Origin: a virus
Lineage: Duplodnaviria; Caudoviricetes
IMG/VR virus record: IMGVR_UViG_3300033463_000086
Coordinates: 1 to 64,000 of that record
DNA length: 64,000 bases
Strand: one strand, 5' to 3'
Shown here: piece by piece, positions 38,538-48,901 of the stretch
How positions within the stretch are numbered: the first letter of the stretch is position 1
How the letters are laid out: each line of letters opens with the position of its first letter
Made by a program: the position numbers and the translations under genes
The notes under the pieces: generated by a model
The model's input: the letters and a program-made list of their open reading frames with translations, nothing else
Told to the model about the DNA's origin: nothing
Databases searched by the model: none

Positions 38538-39442
38538 TGAAAATTCATATCTGCCTCGTTACGAATGACAAGTGGTATCGTTTCATGCTCAGGACCATGT
38601 ACGATATTATCATCCGCAAGAATCCTGAAACAGAAATCAAGTTCTATGTGCTTTTAGACCGTGTGGATAAGGCTGATGAACTTGACGCCTTTAACGCGAT
38701 TGACGGCATTGAAGTTGTGAAGAAGAACATGGATTCCTATGAAGAGTTCGGTCAACTTAAAAGGTATCATTCGTATTGGGTCGGTCAGGAAAAGCATCTT
38801 AAATTCCTTATCCCTGAGCTTGACATTTTTGAAGGCGTTGACAGGGTTATCTACATGGATATTGATATGCTTGCCCGAAAAGACCTGACTGATATTTACA
38901 CGGTCAATCTGAATGACAAGCCTATTGGACTGTGCCGAGATTATTACACGCTTCTCGATGGCTCATTTGCTCTGCCACCTGAAAGCCGTACAAAGCAACT
39001 GGAATCGGGTCTTATGGTTATGGACCTGCCGAAGTTGCGTGACATTCAATTTACGAAACAGTGTAAAGACATCGCTCCTTATCACTGTGGGGATATGCCA
39101 GTGGTCAATACGATATGCACACCGATTGCACAGAAACTTGACCCGAAGTATCAGATTCCGTTCCATGAAATGAGTGTTATCGGAAACTTTAACATTATTG
39201 AACACTGGAACATTTTCAACAACACTGCCTACGAAAACATTCAGGAACTTATCGACAAGAGTTATATATGGCATTTCTGTGGCGATAAGAAACATATGTA
39301 CAATACAGTCAGTGTTGTCAGGATGGCATTCTATCTGTCTGAATCCCGTCTTTCTGCATTCCTCAAAACAGGGAATGTAATGGAATGGAAACCAGAAGAT
39401 GATGCACCTCTTACGAATACATCAGATTTGAATGGTATCTGA
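38537..39442 (+). CDS. GT8-family glycosyltransferase
   Basis: RVIYMDIDML, ESGLMVMDL, GDMPVVN, IWHFCGDKK. Confidence 0.85.
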   Translation: MKIHICLVTNDKWYRFMLRTMYDIIIRKNPETEIKFYVLLDRVDKADELDAFNAIDGIEVVKKNMDSYEEFGQLKRYHSYWVGQEKHLKFLIPELDIFEGVDRVIYMDIDMLARKDLTDIYTVNLNDKPIGLCRDYYTLLDGSFALPPESRTKQLESGLMVMDLPKLRDIQFTKQCKDIAPYHCGDMPVVNTICTPIAQKLDPKYQIPFHEMSVIGNFNIIEHWNIFNNTAYENIQELIDKSYIWHFCGDKKHMYNTVSVVRMAFYLSESRLSAFLKTGNVMEWKPEDDAPLTNTSDLNGI

Positions 39443-39455
39443 TAATTTATGACCC

Positions 39456-39507
39456 GCCGTGGGATGCTGTCTGTGATGGCGCAAAAATCCCACGGCTTAT
39501 TTTTGCG
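39456..39507 (+). terminator. Intrinsic terminator after GT8
   Basis: 10-bp stem GCCGTGGGAT/ATCCCACGGC followed by TTATTTTT. Confidence 0.7.
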
Positions 39508-39608
39508 TATAATTGCTAATAAACCTACACAACTTGCTATAAATCGTGTAAGATAATGAGCGTTTTGGCATGGTTTTGTAAGTGTTTGATTACCAATACG
39601 TTATAACT

Positions 39609-39631
39609 TTGTAGTGCGTATATGGTAAATA
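39609..39631 (+). repeat. Left copy of a 23-bp long-range inverted repeat
   Basis: TTGTAGTGCGTATATGGTAAATA is the exact reverse complement of 56581..56603. Confidence 0.9.
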
Positions 39632-39718
39632 TATAGGGAAACAGGTAACAATAACTTTGATATTATCATTGTTATAGTTTGGTGTTACTCTATTCTATTT
39701 GATTTATTTTTTCTATTT

Positions 39719-42700
39719 TTAATTCTCTTGTGTACGTGTGTATGTGCGCGTATCTATATTATACTTGGGTTCGTAGTATTGGCAATCATCCTCATGGGTT
39801 TGGTCATAAAGACAATACCAATACATTTCATCGCATTCGTAACCGTCTTTATCAATGTAATGACGGCGACAGTCAACACGATTCTTACATTTGAAGCAGG
39901 TTTCCAGTTTCATAAGGGCTTGACCTCGGACGGATTTGGTTTAGACGGCTTAACTAATTTTAACGCGATTTAAGACAAGGTAAACGACCGACCCGATAAA
40001 GATATAGGGTAACACTAAAACCGCGCTTAAAACGCCCTAAAACCGCCTTAAAAACGATTTACAAGTAGCATCGTAAAGTCGATACTATTTCAATTTGATT
40101 TTCGACTGGTTAAAGGCTATGAAGGAATCAATATCACATCCTCCAATCACAGCCTTTATGACTTCCTTCTCAAAATCAGAAAGCACGTCATAATTAACAG
40201 AACCGTCATTGTAAAATTTATACCTCGCTCTTAATGCAAACAGTTTGAGTATCTGTTTTTTATGCATTTGGTTTTCAGATACATTTAGATTGGAGTTTAC
40301 ATACATCAATGCAAGGATATAGTCAAGTACCGATGCATTTCCGTACTTTATCCTCTCAAACGTTATGAGAAATTGGTCGTGTGTCATTGATAAGCATCCC
40401 TCTTACCTTCTGCAAGTTCAGCTATGAAAGTCTGCCTACTGGTCTCGAAGGTAATGTTATGTTTTCTGAGTGGTGCAAGACATGACGTATCGCAGTCTTG
40501 ATAAATAAATGTAAATGGGTGGTGCTGGATTGTATTTATGAAGCGTACAGGTAACGACATTCTCATAGGGCAGTAATCCCAATATGACCTTAGAGAACGA
40601 CAGGTTGCCTCATATAGTTGGTCTGATTTGCCCATACTTTCTCTTGTAATCAGCCCACGCAAATCATTTATGTCGTGCATCGTATTTGCCATATAAAATA
40701 GCAGGTCGTTTAGGTCCATCATCCTAAAGTTGAAAATGAAAATAGGCGGACAGTCCTCAATATCACATGTAAAAATGTCTATTGCGTTAAATTCATTAAG
40801 GTCAAAACTTGTTCTGCCATAATGCTTGAAGGTAACATAAACCTTATCCGCCTCAACAGCATTACCTTGGTTTTGACATGCCCTTGCGAAACATGGTCCG
40901 GCTTTTATGGAGATTGACCTGAATGGGCCACGAAGCAACGATGCAATCTCAGTGTTATCGTTGATTATCATTGTTATCTCCTTATTCGTTAGTGCATGTG
41001 AAGTTAATTAGTGTACTTGCGTCATCCCTGTTGTACTCTTCGTTGGCGACCATATTCTGATAGATACGGCTCCATTCAGAATACGAGTAAGGCATGTCGG
41101 TAGTTGTAGCCATAGTTTTCTCAACTTTATAGGTACATGACCTTACCACAGTAGTCCGACCATTAGTACGGTAATCTGAATCGCATAAGAACTGATATTG
41201 ATACAAATGGTCAAATACCATCTTCAAAGACCTGCGAACAGCCCTATAGTATGGGTTATCACGTTGAAGCATGCTATACGTTTTCAGCATATAACAGCGC
41301 AATTTGAACAGGTTATCCTTTTCATAGTACGTATCGGGATTGCCTTGGTCATTCAATAGTTCTCTGAATTGGACCTCTCTTGTGTATTTTACGAACTCAC
41401 GAAGAACGTCATGGACATAAGGCAGGTTCTCATAGCCCTGATAAATGAAAGGGATAGCCGGAGCCTTATTCTTATCAATCACGACGATGAAGGGATATAG
41501 ATGTTCAATACCGTACCACCGCATATTCCATCTCATGCGTGACAGTCTTTTGAATCTTATCCCGAAATCAGGCATTTTTATCGTTGCCTGAACACGACCG
41601 AACTTAAACTTATCTTCAAGTTCAGGTATTAATGTGTTATCAGTCATTGTAAACTCCTTAGTATGTTAGACGTGGACCGAGGTTTGCTGTGATTGGCGCG
41701 GCATTGATTACGAGTGACGGTGATGCATCTTCAAGGTATCTGATGTTTAAGTCCTCGAAGTTACCATCGTCAACACGTACAGACATTAAAGAACGATATG
41801 ACATTGGCTCTCCGTTCAGTGTGTAAAAAGCATTGTCACGAGAGCCAATCCACATTTTATACAGTTTGTCATAAGTGTCCTTGTTGAATACCTCCATCAT
41901 ATTTATCTCTGACCGAAGAAGCCAACAGCATATCTGAAACGACACATCTGAAGCCATTGGTTGATAGTCGTTTAGATAATCTTCAACGATACCGTCATAA
42001 TAAGCCTCTCCGCCGTATCTCAGAATGTCAACGAACATACTTTGAAGGCGAAGATTCCAGTTAGCCCATCTGTCAGCAAGTGAAATGAAAGGTACAGGCT
42101 CTTTGATGCCGGAATGCAACTTACACGCATAGACGTTGTAATTTGATAACGACATTCTACCATGATACGTAACCGCCACGTCCATATCTTCAAGACGAAT
42201 GAATCTGAGTGGCGGCGTGTCTAACATGTCTTTTATCATATCAGATTCCATGTTACCAACCCTCTAATTTGATTGTTTGGTTGAATGTGAAGAAGGTACA
42301 ACTTAACGGTGAACGAAAATATGCAGTCCTATTTTCTACAAGTGCATTTTCATACCACCTAATCTTGTCGATGAAGTGATTCCTGTCAACAAATGAAGCC
42401 ATACGGTGTCGATAACAAAGATATGCAAAGAAACTATCCCTACTCAACCTATGAGAAAGCCGACGGTCGCTTGCAACATCTCTATTCAGTCCGTTATTTT
42501 CGGCATAGAATTTTAGATATTGCAGGATATACCATACACTAAGTTCCTGTCTTGGAAACGATGACTCTAATGCACAGTCGCAAATCTCATTCGTATCGAG
42601 GTTCATAATAGAGAAGAAGTAAATGTAAGTGTTATCATAGAAATCATCACCGTAAAATTTGATTCCGATATTCATTTTTGGAATATAAATTTCGACGTGT

Positions 42701-44764
42701 GCATACTCATGAAACATCATCTTCTCTCTGAGTTTGACAGTAACCCAATCATTCTTGAAAGGTTTACTTGCCATGAGGGTCCTTTCCGTATTTGAGTTTC
42801 ATAAGGTTGATGTTGTAGAGTTTCAGCCCATCCAACACAGAGTAGAATGAGCAACCACGAAAGGTTTTATGGTAGAACGGACAGCCATTACACTTGCGGA
42901 AGCCCTTTTTATTATGACGGCGACCACAAATGCCTTCAAAGGTTGTCAGAACATTCACGAGGTCTACTTTATCTTTACCTGTCATTGGATGCTCTCCTCT
43001 TGGTTCGAGCTTTATATGCTTCGTAAGAGAGGGTATCATTCCCATCAAAAAATGAAACAGGACCCGAACCGAGCATAAATTTCTTATGTGACTGTACGCT
43101 CTTCAAGATGCCGAGCAACAGATTTTCGAGTGCTTCTTTTGCATCTTCTCGTGTATCAAACAGCCACCATTCCGGTACGCATCTGACTGAATACATACCA
43201 TTTGAAGCTACGCAACGAGTACCATAATCGTCAATAGGTACGACAATTACATTACCCAATTCCTCATCCAATACCTCAACATGAAGGATTGAGTACCCCT
43301 GAAGATTAGGATGTGCGTGTAACATGAATTTACATTTATTCATCGAAATAGTCCATTTTATGTTCTTCTTCGGCGTCATTGATTGCTTCACGCAGGTCAT
43401 TGAGTTGCTCACAGTCGCTACCATAACCTGCACCGTAAATGGCGATACCGATAATCAGTTTTGCCATTTCTATCAAAAGTGTATCACGGGTTGTTTGTTT
43501 CATTGTTATCACCACCTCCAAGCTCATTCATAAGAAACTCACTGATTGCTCTCCCAATGTCATCCATTTGAGTATCATCAGGAGGATTCACAATGACTGG
43601 TTCGACTTGCTTGTGTTTGTATGAGGCGTGTTTGTTCTGCCCATTCAAATCATCGACTGCCCTGCGAATAAGAATGCTCTTATCCACAAGGTCATCCAAT
43701 TGTGCTAAGAAACAACCGCTATGCAGATTGAACGGACACTGACTGCACATGAGAGTATGACAAGAAACACTGCCTGTCATAAAAATCATGTTAATGTTCT
43801 TAGCCACACTTTCAAGATAGGCTACCGATGGGTCTTTTGACATTTTATTACCTTTCTTTTGCGTGTTTGCATTCGCTTCTTAGGGCGATTAATGCGTTAT
43901 CAAGTTTAGGGGCGAGACTAATGGCTGCAAGCATTCTTACGAGAAAGCAACCATCTGAATGAGGAAAGTTTAACGGACACTGAGAACATATCCTGTTGGT
44001 ACACATGCTTTCTGTCATAATTTGCAGTGTATAAACAGTCTTGATAATGTTATCCCTGAGCGTTGTACATTCGTCTGTTGTTAGTGACATAAGGGGCATG
44101 GCACACCTCATAAGAAGTTATCAGGGTTAATGTACTCATCCCTTGAGTAGATGTAATCGTCAAGGTGCATACGGAAAGAGTATTCGTGTCCATGTGTGAA
44201 TATAACACGACGGATGCCACGACCACTCCCAATCAATGACGCCTTAGCCAACAAATGTCCATCAAACTCAGAGGGCGGTTCGTAGATGCTGTACTGATGC
44301 CCATAAATACAACGGACACATGTATTGCCTACAACATCCACTAACATTCTGAACTTTTCCCGAAGAAGCCTGTATGACTGACACCTTGCGAACATATTAC
44401 GACAGACACACTCGAACATCATGTCTTTATCGTCTTGAGATTCGTACTGTGTCATAGAGAAATCATCTTCAGGGTCTCCATATGTGAGAATCTTGCATAG
44501 GGGCCAGATGATATGGGCGAGGTTCAGTGGGATATTGTTGACATACATAATAGGAACCACCATATCGAATGGTACGGTTCTCTTGCCGACTTTCTCATAG
44601 ATAACCACAACCGCGTATCTTACATTGGTGGACGGGCTTTGAACTGAACCACGATAAGCCAATGTAAGGTCGATTTGCGGAAAACAGAATGCAGAGAAAG
44701 GTATATGCCTCGACATACGCGACAAAAGCGTATCTGCAAACTTATCATCAAAATCTGGAAGCAT
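39719..44764 (-). other. Array of hypothetical genes including two paralog families
   Basis: Co-directional ORFs 39719, 40085, 40384, 40982, 41658, 42253, 42764, 42975, 43336, 43484, 43848 and 44108 with RBS and overlaps. Confidence 0.75.
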
Positions 44765-44815
44765 AAGAAATCTCCATGAGGGGTGAGTTTATGTACCCAC
44801 CCCTCTTACGTTATG

Positions 44816-45871
44816 TTATTTCTTGGCTGCGGTACTTTCGACATTCAGTTTGAAGTTCTTCTTGAACTCATTCCAAATTGCCTGTTTCGTATCGGGACCA
44901 TACTCGTCCCAATGATTCGGATAACGGTCCTCGACATAGTGCTTGAAGAGAATCCCTGCATCAGATTCGTAATACGCATCGAGTTCACGTTCAGTAATGT
45001 TCTTGGCAAACATCTGACCGCTTTCCTCCATGTCGTAATACGCACCATAGTATGCGTTGTAGATTTCCTCTTTTTGGTCAGCCGAGTAAGATTCCCATTC
45101 AGGCTCGTTGGCAATCACGTAAGCCATGAAATCTTCGTCACCCTCGGTGTATTCATCGATGAACTTTTCTTCATCGACACCGTAGTGAGTGCGATTCTTA
45201 TACAATGCGTCAGACCAATCTCTCCGATAGTCTTCATAAGAATCGTAGCCGTACTCTTTCCACCATTCATTTGTGGACACGAGTCCTTTTCCCCAATAAC
45301 CGCCACTGTAAATGGAGTATGAGTAGGTCTTGTTTGAATAGTAGACGCCCTTATCCTTAATCCAGTCACCCATAAGGTAGACTTTGACGCCGTTCATCAG
45401 GGCAATCTTGTTTGTTCCGAGGAAGCCATCAAAAGCGTCCTTAAACTTTTCGGATGTAAGACCAGATTCAGCAATCCTCAATGCCATTTCAGCGGTATCG
45501 GAGATGTTATTCTTGCGCGGCTCGATAGGCAAAACCCCATTGTGAATCAGGCAACGAGGGCATACCGTGTAAGTCTTGCCTAACTGCTTCACATTCGTCG
45601 TGATAGGGAACGGATGGGTGTTCTCTTTATTGATACCACCATGCGTGTGAATCCTGAAATGAATCAACACGTCATATCCGTTCAGTTTCTTGAGTTGGGA
45701 ATCATAGACCTTTTCAAAGTCCTTCCAGTCCATGATACCTTTGTGGATGTGGCACTGACCATCCTTTCGGACAGCATAACCGGCTCCGTCAGGATTCGAT
45801 TCCCAACAATTCTCGAAAATGCTCAATTCAGGCATTTTCACGCCTTCGGGCTTGTAAATTGCGATGCACAT
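44816..45871 (-). CDS. Class II (Ntn) glutamine amidotransferase with acidic C-terminal extension
   Basis: N-terminal Met-Cys, NPDGAG, HFRIHTHG, HPF, HNG, SDT. Confidence 0.88.
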   Translation of the reverse strand: MCIAIYKPEGVKMPELSIFENCWESNPDGAGYAVRKDGQCHIHKGIMDWKDFEKVYDSQLKKLNGYDVLIHFRIHTHGGINKENTHPFPITTNVKQLGKTYTVCPRCLIHNGVLPIEPRKNNISDTAEMALRIAESGLTSEKFKDAFDGFLGTNKIALMNGVKVYLMGDWIKDKGVYYSNKTYSYSIYSGGYWGKGLVSTNEWWKEYGYDSYEDYRRDWSDALYKNRTHYGVDEEKFIDEYTEGDEDFMAYVIANEPEWESYSADQKEEIYNAYYGAYYDMEESGQMFAKNITERELDAYYESDAGILFKHYVEDRYPNHWDEYGPDTKQAIWNEFKKNFKLNVESTAAKK

Positions 45872-45874
45872 AAC

Positions 45875-46972
45875 TTATACACCTTTCCTTTCGATAAGAG
45901 CGTTAGCCTTATCATAGTTGTGTTCTTTGATGAACGTCTTGAACGAAGCAAATGCAGTTCTCGGCGTTTCAATGATGAGTTGGTCGAGGCACTCCGTATG
46001 AATGTGATGAACCCAACGAACAAGAGCGTCAATGAGTTCCAAATCTTCATACAGAGTATTGATGTTCGTTGTGCTTGCGAACATTCTGAACTCGATTGTG
46101 TACTGGCTCGAATGATAGTTGACGGCACTGTATCTGTCCATGTCGTCAATGTTGTTCGAGAAACTGCTGAATGAGCCGTAACTGTAATACTCGGCATAAT
46201 CATTTCCTTCACGCCGAGCAAGTTGTTCAAAGCGTTCACTGTTCTCATTCACAAACCAACCGACCATGTACCATTCGAGGCTGTCCATGAACTGTTTGGA
46301 GGCGTGGATATGAAGTCCGCACTTGTAATGAGCATGAAGACCCCAATCACGAAGAAGGGCGAGAATATTGTTCCATTTCTTGAAGTCAGTACGATACTCT
46401 TCAAGCGTATGCGGAGTGCTGATGAGTTCAAACCCATAGTCGGGAATCGAACCGTCATGCTCAAGATAGAACATATCCTTGCTGCTGTCGTAGTTTTCGT
46501 CATCCTCGTCAGTGGCATTACGAAGAGGCTTCAATGCTTCGACACAGGAAAGCATATCATCTTCGCCAGTGTCGCCAGTTTCCAACTCAAAGCCGAACCG
46601 AAGTTTACCATCATCGGGAACTTGGTATTCGTGGGAATGATAACCACCGATTCCACCACGATGCCGTCTGATTTCATTGATGCACGAGTGACAGCACATC
46701 TGACCACGGTAGCGAGTGAGGTTATCCATAGTGAAATCGTTGCCGCAGTGTTCGCATTGTGCGCCGACGCTCTCGTAGCACTGGTCGCATACGTGCCTAT
46801 CACCACGATTCATAGAATGGCGGTTGGTTGCCCTGTACCACTCGTGACATTCATCGCACTGGAAGTAGAGGATTGAATGGCACTGTTCGCAGAAAGCACC
46901 ATCGTCATTGACGTAAGATGCTTGCCGTCCACAAATGATGCAGACGTCGGGGTTTTCATTTTCTTCCGGCAT
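45875..46972 (-). CDS. COOH-NH2 ligase (amidoligase) with Cys-rich N-terminus, paralog 1
   Basis: Repeated CxxC; FGFELE, EHDGSI, GFELIS, CGLHIH, RYSAVN, TIEFRMF. Confidence 0.85.
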   Translation of the reverse strand: MPEENENPDVCIICGRQASYVNDDGAFCEQCHSILYFQCDECHEWYRATNRHSMNRGDRHVCDQCYESVGAQCEHCGNDFTMDNLTRYRGQMCCHSCINEIRRHRGGIGGYHSHEYQVPDDGKLRFGFELETGDTGEDDMLSCVEALKPLRNATDEDDENYDSSKDMFYLEHDGSIPDYGFELISTPHTLEEYRTDFKKWNNILALLRDWGLHAHYKCGLHIHASKQFMDSLEWYMVGWFVNENSERFEQLARREGNDYAEYYSYGSFSSFSNNIDDMDRYSAVNYHSSQYTIEFRMFASTTNINTLYEDLELIDALVRWVHHIHTECLDQLIIETPRTAFASFKTFIKEHNYDKANALIERKGV

Positions 46973-47174
46973 AAGACTTGCCCTTTCTCTGTTTGGTTTT
47001 GAAGATGGACTTCATTTTGTTGTTGAACTCGATGCGCTTGAGGGCATTACGCTCTCGCACATACTCGGCTTTTGTCATTACGGACACACTTCGCCCATAA
47101 TTGACAACGACAAGTTCGGGACGTTCCATTACACATACTCCTGTGGGTAGTGTTGTTTGTGGTATGCTCTCCAA
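46956..47174 (-). CDS. Hypothetical protein
   Basis: 72 aa, overlapping neighbours. Confidence 0.4.
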   Translation of the reverse strand: MESIPQTTLPTGVCVMERPELVVVNYGRSVSVMTKAEYVRERNALKRIEFNNKMKSIFKTKQRKGKSYAGRK

Positions 47175-47530
47175 TCCCCATTCGGAATAAGGATGAAAGA
47201 GCGTTGAATCTGTTCTCGCTTGAAGAAATAGACGAATCCATGAACATTGGCTCCGTCAAACGTCTTAGCAGTTATGAGCTTTCGCCCATACAGCTTCGGA
47301 TAGCCCTCAAGCCTGTCAATGTCGGGAAGGGATGTTGGAGGCAGAATCATAAGTTCCGCCTTAATCTGCGTATGTCCCTCAAGAACCAATGCAGGGAAGT
47401 TATACCTTGTATCGAACAATGTGCCGAAGAAGGTAACAGGAACGATACCCATGCAATTACGGCAAAGGTAATGATTCCTCTGCCCCGACATAAGGGTTCC
47501 ATACGTGATAATCTGTACTGAATCAGGCAT
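47129..47530 (-). CDS. Gamma-glutamylcyclotransferase (AIG2/GGCT-like)
   Basis: YGTLMSGQRNH, FPAL, IDRLEGYP. Confidence 0.88.
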   Translation of the reverse strand: MPDSVQIITYGTLMSGQRNHYLCRNCMGIVPVTFFGTLFDTRYNFPALVLEGHTQIKAELMILPPTSLPDIDRLEGYPKLYGRKLITAKTFDGANVHGFVYFFKREQIQRSFILIPNGDWRAYHKQHYPQEYV

Positions 47531-48683
47531 AACGACACCTCTTCATGGCTTCTTCGAGCTGTTCATTGACGCGACGATAGAGATAATTTGCATTTTTATC
47601 CCCATTCGTCTCTTCCATGCGCTTCTTATTCCAGTTGAACCAGTCATAAACTGCGCGGCGAGGCATTTCAACCATATGCAGATTACCGAGAGGCATTGTG
47701 TCCTTTGCCCACTCATACAATCCCTGAACAATGGCAAGATGTCCGAAGAAATCATCCGCACAATCCACAGGGCAGAAAATGCGAAACTCACAGGTAACAT
47801 GAGTTGACGTGCAGAAAGACAATGCCGCATAGTGCGTATCGTCCTGTCTTTCCCAGAAACCCTCACGGTAATCATCGTCAGGGTCTCCATATTCAACCCA
47901 ATCATTTTCTTCACGACCAGCCAGTTCCTCGAACAATGACTGATTCTTAGAAATGAACCACTGCAACGCTCTCCACGTCAATGCCGGAAGAGCCGCCTTA
48001 GTGATATGCACATGGAAACCACAGGAATAGTGCGGCTTCATATCGTGGTTGCTGAACGTATCATACAAGTTCTCAACCATGTTTTTGTGAGCAAGCCACC
48101 AGTCCCATGTGTAAGGATTGGAAATGGTCTCGAACCCATAGTCACGGATAGAACCATCTTCTTCCATGACAAAGAAACGACCGAAGTCATTTTCAATCTC
48201 ACCCGAACAACGGCGCATATCCTCGGAACAGGCATCGCCCATTTCGAGTTCCACACCGAGGTAAGGCATATCACCTTTTTTGAGTCTGGGGCAGTCATAA
48301 TCGTGGGAATGATAACCACCAATGTCACCTGCCCTGTGTTGCTCGGACTGATGCTCTTCGTAGCAATCATAGCAGAAGTCCTCTTCACAGTCCTCGCAGT
48401 AATAAATGTCGTCACTATGGACAACTTCACCGCAACGAGCGCAGGTGTAGTAATGGTCATCGTAGCACTCACGACACACGCAATCATAGCTGCCAATCTG
48501 CATCATTTCAGCAGAGGCAACGACATTACCGCAATCAGGACAAACGCAGAAATCGTCATCTTTGTTGTCCTCATAGCAGGTGTCACAGAGATGGTAGGTT
48601 TTCCCATCAATTTCGACAATGTGGATTTCATCATCGTCGCAGTTGTCCAAAGAGCAACCGCAGTCATAATAGTCGCAACGCAT
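47523..48683 (-). CDS. COOH-NH2 ligase (amidoligase) with Cys-rich N-terminus, paralog 2
   Basis: Multiple CxxC; LGVELE, EEDGSI, GFETIS, CGFHVH, CEFRIF. Confidence 0.85.
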   Translation of the reverse strand: MRCDYYDCGCSLDNCDDDEIHIVEIDGKTYHLCDTCYEDNKDDDFCVCPDCGNVVASAEMMQIGSYDCVCRECYDDHYYTCARCGEVVHSDDIYYCEDCEEDFCYDCYEEHQSEQHRAGDIGGYHSHDYDCPRLKKGDMPYLGVELEMGDACSEDMRRCSGEIENDFGRFFVMEEDGSIRDYGFETISNPYTWDWWLAHKNMVENLYDTFSNHDMKPHYSCGFHVHITKAALPALTWRALQWFISKNQSLFEELAGREENDWVEYGDPDDDYREGFWERQDDTHYAALSFCTSTHVTCEFRIFCPVDCADDFFGHLAIVQGLYEWAKDTMPLGNLHMVEMPRRAVYDWFNWNKKRMEETNGDKNANYLYRRVNEQLEEAMKRCRYA

Positions 48684-48901
48684 AATCGTTACTCCATTAT
48701 TTAGTTTGTTTTGGTTTGAAATGAACTTATCGACAAAGGTTTATGCCGATAACGGTTTAGTTCCATATCCTCCTAAATATGGAAACGTTGGTTGATACTC
48801 TAACTTAAATCATAAAGCACCGAATGAACCGATGCCTTATGATTTAGATTAGAATGTAGGCGGCAGTAATGAAACCACCGCCCATATCCAAGAACCGAAT
48901 G

